From: Escherichia coli
Lineage (GTDB): Bacteria > Pseudomonadota > Gammaproteobacteria > Enterobacterales > Enterobacteriaceae
NCBI RefSeq assembly: GCF_041886205.1
Contig: NZ_CP169029.1
DNA: 64,000 nucleotides
Direction: 5' to 3' (one strand)
Shown here: positions 40,438-51,098 of the stretch, piece by piece
How positions within the stretch are numbered: the first letter of the stretch is position 1
Layout: each line of letters begins with the position of its first letter
Translations under genes and position numbers: made by a program
Notes under the pieces: model-generated
Database searches by the model: none
Seen by the model: the letters and a program-made list of their open reading frames with translations, nothing else
Told to the model about the DNA's origin: nothing

Positions 40438-40632
40438 TTACAGCAACTGGTGAGGGCTGGCATAAGTTGCCGGTGTTTCGGTAGAGTCACGGTCATCCAC
40501 CACGCGGAGTGAATAACCTTTTTCAGCGGCCTTATTAATCAGTTCAGTGATATTAACACCATCAATGTCAACGACAATGTGCCCCATATCCAGCGCCTGT
40601 ACGTTAACGCTGTCGGCTTCCAGTGTCATCAT
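40438..40632 (-). CDS. hypothetical 64-aa protein
   Basis: ATG preceded by a strong Shine-Dalgarno (ggaggcgaaatgatg on the coding strand); compositionally typical coding sequence; function unknown to me. Confidence 0.45.
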   Translation of the reverse strand: MMTLEADSVNVQALDMGHIVVDIDGVNITELINKAAEKGYSLRVVDDRDSTETPATYASPHQLL

Positions 40633-40749
40633 TTCGCCTCCGGATACTTACCCAGGGTAATGTTATTTACCGTTCTGTAATTGTCGCGGGTCATCAGGCC
40701 GGTCGCCCTGCGAGCCCGGAGGATATCGATGCTGTTTATTAACTGAGAG

Positions 40750-41459
40750 CGGGTATGGGCGCTGCTTCGCAGACAGGCAGAACTTGATGGTATGCCTGCG
40801 ATCAATGCCAAACGTGTTTACCGGATCATGCGCCAGAATGCGCTGTTGCTTGAGCGAAAACCTGCTGTACCGCCATCGAAACGGGCACATACAGGCAGAG
40901 TGGCCGTGAAAGAAAGCAATCAGCGATGGTGCTCTGACGGGTTCGAGTTCTGCTGTGATAACGGAGAGAGACTGCGTGTCACGTTCGCGCTGGACTGCTG
41001 TGATCGTGAGGCACTGCACTGGGCGGTCACTACCGGCGGCTTCAACAGTGAAACAGTACAGGACGTCATGCTGGGAGCGGTGGAACGCCGCTTCGGCAAC
41101 GATCTTCCGTCGTCTCCAGTGGAGTGGCTGACGGATAATGGTTCATGCTACCGGGCTAATGAAACACGCCAGTTCGCCCGGATGTTGGGACTTGAACCGA
41201 AGAACACGGCGGTGCGGAGTCCGGAGAGTAACGGAATAGCAGAGAGCTTCGTGAAAACGATAAAGCGTGACTACATCAGTATCATGCCCAAACCAGACGG
41301 GTTAACGGCAGCAAAGAACCTTGCAGAGGCGTTCGAGCATTATAACGAATGGCATCCGCATAGTGCGCTGGGTTATCGCTCGCCACGGGAATATCTGCGG
41401 CAGCGGGCTTGTAATGGGTTAAGTGATAACAGATGTCTGGAAATATAGGGGCAAATCCA
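40750..41459 (+). mobile_element. insD: truncated IS2 (3' about 710 bp: C-terminal 218 codons of InsD/OrfB plus right terminal repeat)
   Basis: ORF 40792..41448 translates to the IS2 OrfB C-terminus ([53 protein letters not shown]...); upstream in-frame [14 protein letters not shown] is preceded by a stop; IS2 end ...ggggcaaatcca at about 41459. Confidence 0.9.
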
Positions 41460-41792
41460 GCCACGAATGCGGATTTGTTTACGGCCTGCCAAGGAGTTGT
41501 CTGTTATCTCTACTCCGGGGATGTCCTGCAAATTATCGGCTATGGAGGCATTGGTGGAGTTCTGCAATGTTTGTTGGTCAATAACCTGTATAGTCGCCGG
41601 GCTTTCCCAAAGGTTGCTTGCCGAACGATTCGTGGTCACGACGAGCGTCTCTTCGTTGCTGATTTTTGTTTCTGAAGAAGTTGCGGTTGCAGTAGAAACT
41701 ATCCCAGAAATGCATAATGACAGAGTGGAAAGGATATAAATTCGACAAGGTATATTATATAACATTTCATCCCTCATTAATACAAAGTACAA
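41460..41792 (-). pseudogene. yoeA: N-terminal fragment of a TonB-dependent outer-membrane receptor gene, truncated by IS2 (yoeA-like)
   Basis: ORF 41373..41792 minus begins with a signal peptide and plug-domain motifs (ETLVVTTNRSASNLWESPATIQVIDQQTLQ ... DNLQDIPGVEITDNSLAGRKQIRIRG) and then runs into the IS2 end. Confidence 0.75.
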
Positions 41793-41968
41793 ATGATTGC
41801 TGTAATGATAATTATTTTCATTTATGTTCTCATATATCTATAATTATTGTCATCTTCATAAATTGTAAATATCAAACATTTTTGACCTTAATCATGTTTT
41901 TTGATAGATATTTTACGACTGAACATATCCGTCGTTTCCTCTGACTCGTGTCAGTCGGTCTCTGGTTG

Positions 41969-42010
41969 TATCCACGGACCGCACTCTTGACATAAGAGTG
42001 CGGTCCGTGG
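41969..42010. repeat. 42-bp near-perfect palindrome (ccacggaccgcactctt gaca taagagtgcggtccgtgg)
   Basis: Read directly; 17-bp arms around a 4-nt loop, located just upstream of the yoeA-like fragment. Confidence 0.7.
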
Positions 42011-43436
42011 AAAACGGAGTTGAAAAAATGGTGTCTGAAAGAAGGTACCATCATTGTGATGACAAATACTTTGGCGTGGATAATGTAATTAATTGCTGAA
42101 ATTGACCGTATATGCGGTAAGACTCATATCAGTACCAGGTCCGGTTAATTGCTGATACTAATATAAACTTTTTACAAAAGGATGAATGCAGAAGGTTACT
42201 CTAATGGCCAGAGTGATGACAATGATGGTCAGACGTTGACCTGCAGAAACTGCATTTTAATTGGTCTATAAAGTCTGCAAGAGGAATCAGGGTCAGATCA
42301 GTGAGTCTTATCGCGGCCCGAAGCTATGACTGAAAGAAGGCTGGATACAGAATTGCAACAATTTGGCAATGTCAGAACACAGAAGCTTTGCAAGCAGGTG
42401 AAAGGTTATGTCTAGCAAAAGGAGTATATCAGAATATATCTACTGATGTACAAAACACAACAATAGCTTCATGATATATAAATACGTGATGACGAGTGGT
42501 ACTCCGCATGGTTATTTAACTTCTCAGCACCACTAATGATCCTGAGCAACTTCGTATTTGGGCCATTACCATGGAGTAGAAAGCTGTGTCTGAGAATGCA
42601 GAATTTGAGAAAAGAATTCGCTTTCTTGGAGAGCTTCTGAAAATGGCACGCTAACAACGTTTTGTTAAAAAATGTGAATCACTTGCCGGGGCTGCATTTT
42701 CTATTCGAGGAGAATGTTGACGTAGATATTACAGAAATCTCAGCGCATCAGGATAAACTGCTACCTTAGGTCAACCACCAAAAGAAAATACAATACGTCC
42801 AGTTTGTATGCCTTTAATAACACATCTTCTAAATGTTGAAGAATTATCCCGCCTGCTGAAGAACGTTGCTCTGAGTGTGATAAACCTTTTTATTCTTGAT
42901 GATGTCAGCGAGAAGATGGAATATATCCCCGACTGGGTCGTGGTTACCCGGTTAAACATCTGGTGGCGCTAATAAATCTGGCAAGTCACATTCTGTTGAA
43001 TGCTGTGACAGTGCCTTACCGAGAGAGCGAAATTGTGGTGTTCTAGTGCATAGTCGCCACCATTCCGGATAATTCTATTACGTTGTTTTACAAGTTCTTT
43101 TACAGCGCAGATCTGTCGCTGACGTTGAATCAATAGCCTGGATTTCAGAACACAATGCCCGTTTGCTGGTTGTTCCGGCAGTAGCATTAATTCATTATCT
43201 GAATGAAATGTGTCAATCCACAGAAACCGCTGTCAATGACGCATTTTGTCGGACGTTAACACGAGAAAGTCTGGCTATTCCGTAATGCCATCTTATTTCG
43301 TAATGGATTGAGAATGCTGGATTTTTAATTATATTACGCGCAGTATTAATCGCGTAAATGTTTTGCGGTCAGCAACGGTGGGGGATCCATTGTTCTGTTC
43401 AATGAATACCATCATACATTTGAATCAGGAGTCGGT

Positions 43437-43982
43437 ATGATGATTTTGGTGACGGGGGGCGCACGGAGCGGGAAGAGTCGCCACGCAGAGGCGCTTATTG
43501 GGGACTCTTCACAGGTTCTGTATATCGCTACCTCGCAAATCCTTGATGATGAGATGGCTGCACGGATAGAACATCATCGGCAAGGCCGCCCGGAGCACTG
43601 GCGCACAGTGGAGCGCTGGCAACATCTTGATGAATTAATTCATGCAGACATTAACCCGAATGAGGTTGTGTTGCTTGAATGCGTTACCACAATGGTGACT
43701 AATCTGTTGTTTGATTATGGCGGCGATAAAGACCCTGATGAATGGGATTATCAGGCGATGGAACAGGCGATTAATGCTGAGATTCAGTCGTTGATTGCTG
43801 CCTGCCAACGTTGCCCCGCAAAGGTTGTATTAGTGACTAACGAAGTGGGAATGGGGATTGTGCCGGAGAGTCGTCTGGCACGACATTTTCGTGATATTGC
43901 CGGGCGGGTAAATCAGCAGTTGGCCGCTGCGGCAAATGAAGTATGGCTGGTGGTTTCGGGTATTGGAGTAAAAATCAAATGA
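43437..43982 (+). CDS. cobU: adenosylcobinamide kinase / adenosylcobinamide-phosphate guanylyltransferase
   Basis: 181 aa; P-loop [18 protein letters not shown]. Confidence 0.95.
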
Positions 43983-44722
43983 GTAAATTATTTTGGGCGA
44001 TGCTCTCATTTATTACGCGTCTGCCTGTACCGCGTCGCTGGTCCCAGGGACTGGATTTCGAGCATTATTCTCGCGGTATTATTACTTTTCCTTTGATTGG
44101 ATTATTGCTTGGCGCGATTAGCGGGCTGGTCTTCATGGTGCTGCAGGCATGGTGTGGCGCACCACTGGCGGCACTGTTTAGCGTACTTGTGCTGGTGCTG
44201 ATGACCGGGGGATTCCATCTGGACGGCCTCGCTGATACCTGTGATGGCGTATTTTCTGCACGTAGCCGCGATCGCATGTTGGAAATCATGCGTGATAGCC
44301 GTTTAGGCACCCACGGCGGTCTGGCATTGATTTTTGTGGTACTGGCAAAGATTCTGGTGTTAAGCGAGTTGGCTCTGCGTGGCGAATCGATCCTTGCATC
44401 GCTGGCGGCAGCATGTGCGGTCAGCCGCGGGACTGCCGCATTATTGATGTATCGTCATCGTTATGCGCGGGAAGAAGGGCTTGGCAATGTGTTCATTGGC
44501 AAAATTGATGGGCGACAAACCTGCGTCACACTCGGCTTAGCCGCTATTTTTGCTGCCGTATTATTGCCGGGTATGCATGGTGTGGCTGCTATGGTGGTGA
44601 CGATGGTGGCGATTTTCATCCTCGGTCAGCTTCTCAAACGTACGCTGGGCGGGCAAACGGGCGATACGCTGGGAGCAGCCATAGAGCTTGGTGAACTGGT
44701 CTTCCTGCTGGCACTGCTATAA
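43979..44722 (+). CDS. cobS: adenosylcobinamide-GDP ribazoletransferase (cobalamin synthase)
   Basis: 247 aa from [18 protein letters not shown]; polytopic membrane protein; overlaps the cobU stop. Confidence 0.95.
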
Positions 44723-44733
44723 AGAGACGTGAG

Positions 44734-45813
44734 ATGCAAATACTTGCCGATTTACTGAATACGATCCCAGCCATCGATTCTACCGCTATGTCGCGTGCAC
44801 AACGGCATATTGACGGGTTACTCAAACCTGTTGGTAGCCTGGGAAAGCTGGAGGTGCTTGCCATACAACTGGCAGGAATGCCGGGGTTGAATGGCATACC
44901 GCATGTGGGCAAAAAAGCGGTACTGGTTATGTGTGCCGATCACGGCGTCTGGGAGGAAGGGGTCGCTATTTCTCCAAAAGAAGTGACAGCCATACAGGCT
45001 GAAAATATGACCCGTGGAACAACCGGCGTGTGTGTGCTGGCAGAACAAGCGGGCGCTAACGTCCACGTAATTGATGTTGGTATTGATACTGCTGAGCCTA
45101 TCCCCGGGCTTATCAACATGCATGTCGCACGAGGTAGCGGCAATATTGCTTCAGCTCCGGCAATGAGTCGCCGTCAGGCTGAAAAGTTGCTTTTGGACGT
45201 CATATGTTATACGCAGGAGCTGGCAAAAAACGGTGTCACGCTGTTTGGTGTAGGTGAACTGGGGATGGCAAACACGACACCGGCAGCAGCAATAGTCAGC
45301 ACAATCACTGGCCGGAATCCTGAAGAAGTGGTTGGGATTGGCGCAAACCTGCCGACAGATAAACTGGCTAATAAAATTGATGTTGTGCGTCGGGCGATTA
45401 CGTTGAATCAACCAAATCCTCAGGATGGTGTTGATGTCCTGGCAAAAGTGGGTGGATTTGATTTGGTCGGAATAGCTGGAGTGATGTTAGGTGCTGCTTC
45501 CTGCGGTTTACCCGTGTTGCTGGATGGATTTCTTTCTTATGCTGCTGCGCTCGCAGCCTGCCAGATGTCTCCTGCGATCAAACCGTATCTCATTCCTTCT
45601 CACCTGTCGGCAGAAAAAGGCGCGCGTATAGCGCTCTCGCATTTGGGGCTGGAGCCTTATCTCAATATGGAGATGCGTTTAGGTGAGGGGAGTGGCGCAG
45701 CTCTGGCGATGCCCATCATCGAAGCTGCCTGTGCGATATACAACAACATGGGCGAACTTGCTGCCAGTAATATTGTTCTACCGGGGAATACGACTTCTGA
45801 TTTGAACAGTTAA
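44734..45813 (+). CDS. cobT: nicotinate-nucleotide--dimethylbenzimidazole phosphoribosyltransferase
   Basis: 359 aa; [40 protein letters not shown]. Confidence 0.95.
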   Translation: MQILADLLNTIPAIDSTAMSRAQRHIDGLLKPVGSLGKLEVLAIQLAGMPGLNGIPHVGKKAVLVMCADHGVWEEGVAISPKEVTAIQAENMTRGTTGVCVLAEQAGANVHVIDVGIDTAEPIPGLINMHVARGSGNIASAPAMSRRQAEKLLLDVICYTQELAKNGVTLFGVGELGMANTTPAAAIVSTITGRNPEEVVGIGANLPTDKLANKIDVVRRAITLNQPNPQDGVDVLAKVGGFDLVGIAGVMLGAASCGLPVLLDGFLSYAAALAACQMSPAIKPYLIPSHLSAEKGARIALSHLGLEPYLNMEMRLGEGSGAALAMPIIEAACAIYNNMGELAASNIVLPGNTTSDLNS

Positions 45814-45877
45814 AAACGAAAAGTCTGATAAAAGCTATACTTAACGGATAGCTTTCGCGGCATAGGAAAGGGACATG

Positions 45878-46810
45878 ATGCGTCGTGTAAATATTCTTTG
45901 CTCATTTGCTCTGCTTTTTGCCAGCCATACTAGCCTGGCGGTAACTTATCCATTACCTCCAGAGGGTAGCCGTTTAGTGGGGCAGTCGTTTACTGTAACT
46001 GTTCCTGATCACAATACCCAGCCGCTGGAGACTTTTGCCGCACAATACGGGCAAGGGTTAAGTAACATGCTGGAAGCGAACCCGGGCGCTGATGTTTTTT
46101 TGCCGAAGTCTGGCTCGCAACTCACCATTCCGCAGCAACTGATTTTGCCCGACACTGTTCGTAAAGGGATTGTTGTTAACGTCGCTGAGATGCGTCTTTA
46201 TTACTACCCACCAGACAGTAATACTGTGGAAGTCTTTCCTATTGGTATCGGCCAGGCTGGGCGAGAAACCCCGCGTAACTGGGTGACTACCGTTGAACGT
46301 AAACAAGAAGCTCCAACCTGGACGCCAACGCCGAACACTCGGCGCGAATATGCGAAACGAGGGGAGAGTTTGCCCGCATTTGTTCCTGCGGGCCCCGATA
46401 ATCCCATGGGGCTGTACGCGATTTATATTGGCAGGTTGTATGCCATCCATGGTACCAATGCCAATTTTGGTATTGGGCTCCGGGTAAGTCAGGGCTGTAT
46501 TCGTCTGCGCAATGACGATATCAAATATCTGTTTGATAATGTTCCTGTTGGGACGCGTGTGCAAATTATCGACCAGCCAGTAAAATACACCACTGAACCA
46601 GATGGCTCGAACTGGCTGGAAGTTCATGAGCCGTTGTCGCGCAATCGTGCAGAATATGAGTCTGACCGAAAAGTGCCATTGCCGGTAACCCCATCTTTGC
46701 GGGCGTTTATCAACGGGCAAGAAGTTGATGTAAATCGCGCAAATGCTGCGTTGCAACGTCGATCGGGAATGCCTGTGCAAATTAGTTCTGGTTCAAGACA
46801 GATGTTTTAA
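45878..46810 (+). CDS. ldtA: L,D-transpeptidase (YkuD domain) ErfK/LdtA
   Basis: About 310 aa; signal peptide and catalytic motif ([24 protein letters not shown]). Confidence 0.9.
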   Translation: MRRVNILCSFALLFASHTSLAVTYPLPPEGSRLVGQSFTVTVPDHNTQPLETFAAQYGQGLSNMLEANPGADVFLPKSGSQLTIPQQLILPDTVRKGIVVNVAEMRLYYYPPDSNTVEVFPIGIGQAGRETPRNWVTTVERKQEAPTWTPTPNTRREYAKRGESLPAFVPAGPDNPMGLYAIYIGRLYAIHGTNANFGIGLRVSQGCIRLRNDDIKYLFDNVPVGTRVQIIDQPVKYTTEPDGSNWLEVHEPLSRNRAEYESDRKVPLPVTPSLRAFINGQEVDVNRANAALQRRSGMPVQISSGSRQMF

Positions 46811-46835
46811 GAGCGTTGGTAATTAGAAAGCAAAA

Positions 46836-46860
46836 AGCCTGCTAGAAAGCAGGCTTTTTT
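46836..46860 (+). terminator. rho-independent (likely bidirectional) terminator between erfK and tRNA-Asn
   Basis: Hairpin agcctgct agaa agcaggct flanked by an A run and a T run. Confidence 0.7.
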
Positions 46861-46865
46861 GAATT

Positions 46866-46941
46866 TGGCTCCTCTGACTGGACTCGAACCAGTGACATAC
46901 GGATTAACAGTCCGCCGTTCTACCGACTGAACTACAGAGGA
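46866..46941 (-). tRNA. asnV: tRNA-Asn (GUU anticodon)
   Basis: Reverse complement reads as the E. coli tRNA-Asn sequence (tcctctgtagttcagtcggtagaacggcggactgttaatccgtatgtcactggttcgagtccagtcagaggagcca); gene name assigned from position next to nac/erfK. Confidence 0.95.
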
Positions 46942-47267
46942 ATCGTGTGAACGGGGCGCATATTAATGGCAGTGCATGGTGATGTCAAAGGGTGAAATGC
47001 ATTTTTTTGTTTGTTTGCTGTCAATTTCAACAAAGTGGTGAGCTTTCAATCTTATTGGGTAATGAACCATCGTGGTGCATACCCTCCTTTTATAGGGCAG
47101 GGGAACGCGACAGCTGATTAAAGGAGCAAATGACGAATCTATCATAATCTCTTATTTGACAGTTGGTTAGCTTGTACATCAACACCAAAATAAAACTGGC
47201 AAGCATCTTGCAATCTGGTTGTAAGTAATGGCGGCACTTGGGCCGATTCTTAAAAACCGGAGGCAAC

Positions 47268-48185
47268 ATGAACTTCAGACGCCTGAAATACTTCGTAAAA
47301 ATTGTAGATATTGGTAGCCTGACCCAGGCTGCTGAAGTATTGCATATCGCACAACCAGCGCTCAGCCAGCAGGTTGCCACACTGGAAGGTGAGTTAAATC
47401 AACAACTTTTGATCCGTACAAAGCGGGGCGTTACACCAACAGACGCCGGAAAAATTCTCTATACCCATGCGCGGGCCATTTTACGTCAGTGTGAACAGGC
47501 CCAACTGGCGGTGCATAACGTTGGTCAGGCATTATCGGGGCAAGTCTCGATTGGCTTTGCACCAGGAACCGCTGCGTCATCCATCACCATGCCCTTATTA
47601 CAGGCGGTTCGCGCTGAATTTCCGGAGATCGTTATCTATCTTCATGAAAATAGTGGTGCAGTGCTTAACGAAAAATTGATAAATCACCAACTCGATATGG
47701 CGGTGATTTATGAGCATTCCCCTGTGGCTGGTGTATCCAGTCAGGCTTTGCTGAAAGAAGATCTTTTTCTGGTAGGAACTCAAGATTGCCCGGGGCAAAG
47801 CGTTGATGTGAATGCTATTGCGCAAATGAACCTCTTTCTCCCCAGTGATTACAGTGCTATTAGACTTCGTGTTGATGAGGCTTTTTCCCTACGGCGACTC
47901 ACGGCAAAAGTTATTGGTGAAATTGAGTCTATTGCCACGCTTACCGCAGCGATTGCCAGCGGCATGGGCGTTGCAGTATTACCCGAATCGGCCGCGCGTT
48001 CGTTATGTGGCGCAGTAAATGGGTGGATGTCACGCATTACCACTCCTTCCATGAGTCTCTCTTTGTCATTAAATTTACCCGCCAGAGCGAACTTATCGCC
48101 ACAGGCACAGGCAGTGAAAGAGTTGTTAATGTCAGTGATTAGTTCTCCAGTGATGGAAAAAAGGCAGTGGCAATTGGTGAGCTAA
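47268..48185 (+). CDS. nac: nitrogen assimilation control protein (LysR family)
   Basis: 305 aa from MNFRRLKYFVKIVDIGSLTQAAEVLHIAQPALSQQVATLE. Confidence 0.9.
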   Translation: MNFRRLKYFVKIVDIGSLTQAAEVLHIAQPALSQQVATLEGELNQQLLIRTKRGVTPTDAGKILYTHARAILRQCEQAQLAVHNVGQALSGQVSIGFAPGTAASSITMPLLQAVRAEFPEIVIYLHENSGAVLNEKLINHQLDMAVIYEHSPVAGVSSQALLKEDLFLVGTQDCPGQSVDVNAIAQMNLFLPSDYSAIRLRVDEAFSLRRLTAKVIGEIESIATLTAAIASGMGVAVLPESAARSLCGAVNGWMSRITTPSMSLSLSLNLPARANLSPQAQAVKELLMSVISSPVMEKRQWQLVS

Positions 48186-48286
48186 GTGTTATATCGGGAT
48201 GGAATAAGATGCGGGTTTTTATTATTTGTTATGCCGGGCATTAGACTTTAACAATAACGGGAAATCTGAACTGCCCGGAGTTTACC

Positions 48287-49237
48287 GTGAATTTCCAACA
48301 ACTAAAGATAATCCGCGAGGCTGCACGTCAGGATTACAACCTGACAGAGGTTGCGAATATGCTTTTTACCTCACAGTCAGGCGTCAGCCGTCATATTCGG
48401 GAACTGGAGGATGAACTTGGCATCGAAATATTTGTTCGACGAGGTAAGCGACTGCTGGGCATGACTGAACCGGGCAAAGCATTACTGGTCATTGCAGAAC
48501 GTATTCTGAATGAAGCCAGTAATGTTCGTCGGCTTGCAGACCTGTTTACCAACGATACGTCTGGCGTTCTCACTATTGCAACGACGCATACTCAGGCACG
48601 TTATAGCTTGCCAGAGGTCATTAAAGCTTTTCGCGAACTTTTCCCGGAGGTTCGGCTCGAGCTAATCCAGGGGACGCCACAGGAAATTGCGACATTGTTG
48701 CAAAATGGCGAAGCTGATATTGGTATCGCCAGCGAGCGTTTGAGTAATGACCCGCAGCTCGTCGCCTTCCCGTGGTTTCGTTGGCACCATAGTTTGCTTG
48801 TTCCACACGATCATCCCTTGACGCAAATTTCACCATTGACGCTGGAATCAATAGCGAAGTGGCCGTTAATCACTTACCGACAGGGGATTACGGGGCGCTC
48901 ACGTATTGATGACGCATTTGCCCGCAAAGGTTTGCTGGCAGATATTGTATTAAGTGCGCAGGATTCTGATGTCATTAAAACCTATGTTGCTCTTGGGCTT
49001 GGGATCGGATTAGTTGCCGAGCAATCCAGTGGCGAACAAGAGGAAGAGAATTTAATCCGCCTGGATACGCGGCATCTTTTTGATGCTAATACTGTCTGGT
49101 TGGGACTGAAGCGAGGACAACTTCAGCGTAACTATGTCTGGCGCTTTCTGGAACTTTGTAATGCAGGACTGTCAGTTGAGGATATCAAGCGGCAGGTGAT
49201 GGAAAGCAGTGAAGAGGGAATTGATTATCAGATATAG
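48287..49237 (+). CDS. cbl: CysB-like LysR-family regulator Cbl (sulfonate-sulfur utilisation)
   Basis: 316 aa; MNFQQLKIIREAARQDYNLTEVANMLFTSQSGVSRHIRELEDELGIEIF. Confidence 0.9.
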   Translation: MNFQQLKIIREAARQDYNLTEVANMLFTSQSGVSRHIRELEDELGIEIFVRRGKRLLGMTEPGKALLVIAERILNEASNVRRLADLFTNDTSGVLTIATTHTQARYSLPEVIKAFRELFPEVRLELIQGTPQEIATLLQNGEADIGIASERLSNDPQLVAFPWFRWHHSLLVPHDHPLTQISPLTLESIAKWPLITYRQGITGRSRIDDAFARKGLLADIVLSAQDSDVIKTYVALGLGIGLVAEQSSGEQEEENLIRLDTRHLFDANTVWLGLKRGQLQRNYVWRFLELCNAGLSVEDIKRQVMESSEEGIDYQI

Positions 49238-49242
49238 CAAAA

Positions 49243-49267
49243 ATCCCGCTATAAAAGCGGGCTTTTC
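49243..49267 (+). terminator. rho-independent terminator after cbl
   Basis: Hairpin cccgct ataaa agcggg followed by cttttc. Confidence 0.6.
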
Positions 49268-49274
49268 AGGAATT

Positions 49275-49350
49275 TGGCTCCTCTGACTGGACTCGAACCA
49301 GTGACATACGGATTAACAGTCCGCCGTTCTACCGACTGAACTACAGAGGA
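49275..49350 (-). tRNA. asnU: tRNA-Asn (GUU anticodon)
   Basis: Identical 76-nt tRNA-Asn sequence on the minus strand; name assigned from position between cbl and yeeO. Confidence 0.95.
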
Positions 49351-49510
49351 ATCGTTGTTGAGGCACATCTTAACGGCGAAAAATCTTTTGTCAAACCCGA
49401 TTTATAAATTCCCCTACTGTTTGCCGTTTCTATCAACAGTTTGTTGCATTTGCAGACAATTTGTTGGCGAAAATCTTTGCAGCTTTGCTGATTCTCCCTC
49501 ATTATTTGAA

Positions 49511-50998
49511 ATGTGGTTTCACTTTCTGCAATTAAGGTCGGCTTTGAATATCTCCTCTGCTTTACGCCAGGTTGTTCACGGCACTCGCTGGCACGCTAAA
49601 CGCAAGAGCTACAAAGTGTTGTTCTGGCGCGAGATAACCCCGCTTGCTGTTCCTATCTTCATGGAGAATGCCTGTGTCCTGTTGATGGGGGTTCTGAGCA
49701 CTTTTCTGGTCAGCTGGCTGGGAAAAGATGCGATGGCCGGCGTGGGATTGGCGGACAGCTTCAATATGGTCATTATGGCTTTTTTTGCTGCTATCGATCT
49801 TGGTACTACTGTCGTTGTGGCATTTAGTCTCGGTAAGCGGGATCGACGACGAGCGAGGGTGGCGACGCGGCAGTCATTGGTGATCATGACGTTGTTTGCC
49901 GTACTGTTGGCAACGCTTATTCATCATTTTGGCGAACAAATTATTGATTTCGTCGCGGGTGATGCCACGACAGAAGTTAAAGCACTGGCGTTGACTTATC
50001 TGGAGCTGACGGTACTCAGTTATCCAGCAGCTGCCATCACTCTTATTGGTAGCGGGGCACTTCGTGGTGCAGGGAATACGAAAATACCGCTATTGATTAA
50101 CGGTAGCCTGAATATTCTTAATATTATTATTAGCGGCATATTGATTTACGGCCTTTTCTCCTGGCCGGGACTGGAATTTGTCGGGGCAGGGCTGGGTTTA
50201 ACCATTTCTCGTTATATTGGCGCAGTTGCAATTTTGTGGGTGCTGGCGATTGGTTTTAATCCTGCGCTAAGGATTTCGTTAAAGAGCTATTTTAAACCGC
50301 TGAATTTTAGCATTATCTGGGAAGTCATGGGGATTGGTATTCCCGCGAGTGTCGAATCAGTGTTATTTACCAGTGGTCGGTTATTAACCCAAATGTTCGT
50401 TGCCGGGATGGGGACCAGTGTTATTGCCGGAAATTTTATCGCGTTTTCAATTGCGGCTCTTATCAACTTACCCGGAAGTGCGCTCGGCTCTGCTTCTACG
50501 ATCATTACAGGCCGAAGGTTGGGGGTAGGGCAGATAGCGCAAGCAGAGATTCAGTTGCGGCATGTGTTCTGGCTTTCCACTCTTGGATTAACGGCCATCG
50601 CCTGGCTAACGGCTCCCTTTGCCGGGGTTATGGCATCGTTTTACACCCAGGATCCACAGGTTAAACATGTCGTTGTGATTCTGATTTGGCTAAATGCTTT
50701 ATTTATGCCTATTTGGTCCGCCTCATGGGTGCTACCCGCTGGATTTAAAGGTGCTCGTGATGCCCGTTACGCCATGTGGGTTTCGATGTTGAGCATGTGG
50801 GGTTGTCGGGTTGTAGTCGGTTATGTGCTGGGAATCATGCTTGGCTGGGGTGTGGTTGGTGTCTGGATGGGAATGTTTGCCGACTGGGCTGTGCGGGCCG
50901 TGCTGTTTTACTGGCGAATGGTTACTGGACGTTGGCTATGGAAATACCCTCGACCCGAGCCGCAAAAGTGTGAAAAAAAGCCAGTTGTGTCGGAATAA
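49511..50998 (+). CDS. yeeO: MATE-family multidrug/flavin efflux transporter YeeO
   Basis: About 495 aa from MWFHFLQ; 12-TM MATE protein; the ORF-track start at 49355 abuts the tRNA and is rejected. Confidence 0.85.
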   Translation: MWFHFLQLRSALNISSALRQVVHGTRWHAKRKSYKVLFWREITPLAVPIFMENACVLLMGVLSTFLVSWLGKDAMAGVGLADSFNMVIMAFFAAIDLGTTVVVAFSLGKRDRRRARVATRQSLVIMTLFAVLLATLIHHFGEQIIDFVAGDATTEVKALALTYLELTVLSYPAAAITLIGSGALRGAGNTKIPLLINGSLNILNIIISGILIYGLFSWPGLEFVGAGLGLTISRYIGAVAILWVLAIGFNPALRISLKSYFKPLNFSIIWEVMGIGIPASVESVLFTSGRLLTQMFVAGMGTSVIAGNFIAFSIAALINLPGSALGSASTIITGRRLGVGQIAQAEIQLRHVFWLSTLGLTAIAWLTAPFAGVMASFYTQDPQVKHVVVILIWLNALFMPIWSASWVLPAGFKGARDARYAMWVSMLSMWGCRVVVGYVLGIMLGWGVVGVWMGMFADWAVRAVLFYWRMVTGRWLWKYPRPEPQKCEKKPVVSE

Positions 50999-51098
50999 AC
51001 GACAAAATGCAGATTATTTCAGCAAACGATTTCAAATTTAAAAAACAGGCTTTGACATTGTGGGTGGGCATCGCTAATATTCGCCTCGTTCTCACGAT

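Noticed and set aside
40629-40811. 60-codon minus-strand ORF
   Set aside because: Overlaps the IS2 fragment boundary antisense to insD and overlaps the upstream region of the 64-aa ORF; no RBS; likely spurious.
46058-46780. 240-codon ORF on the minus strand
   Set aside because: Antisense to erfK/ldtA, which has a signal peptide and YkuD catalytic motif; shadow ORF.
49355-49510. N-terminal extension of yeeO in the ORF track
   Set aside because: The extended start abuts the tRNA-Asn gene and terminator and lacks a ribosome-binding site; the start at MWFHFLQ gives the expected about 495-aa MATE protein.
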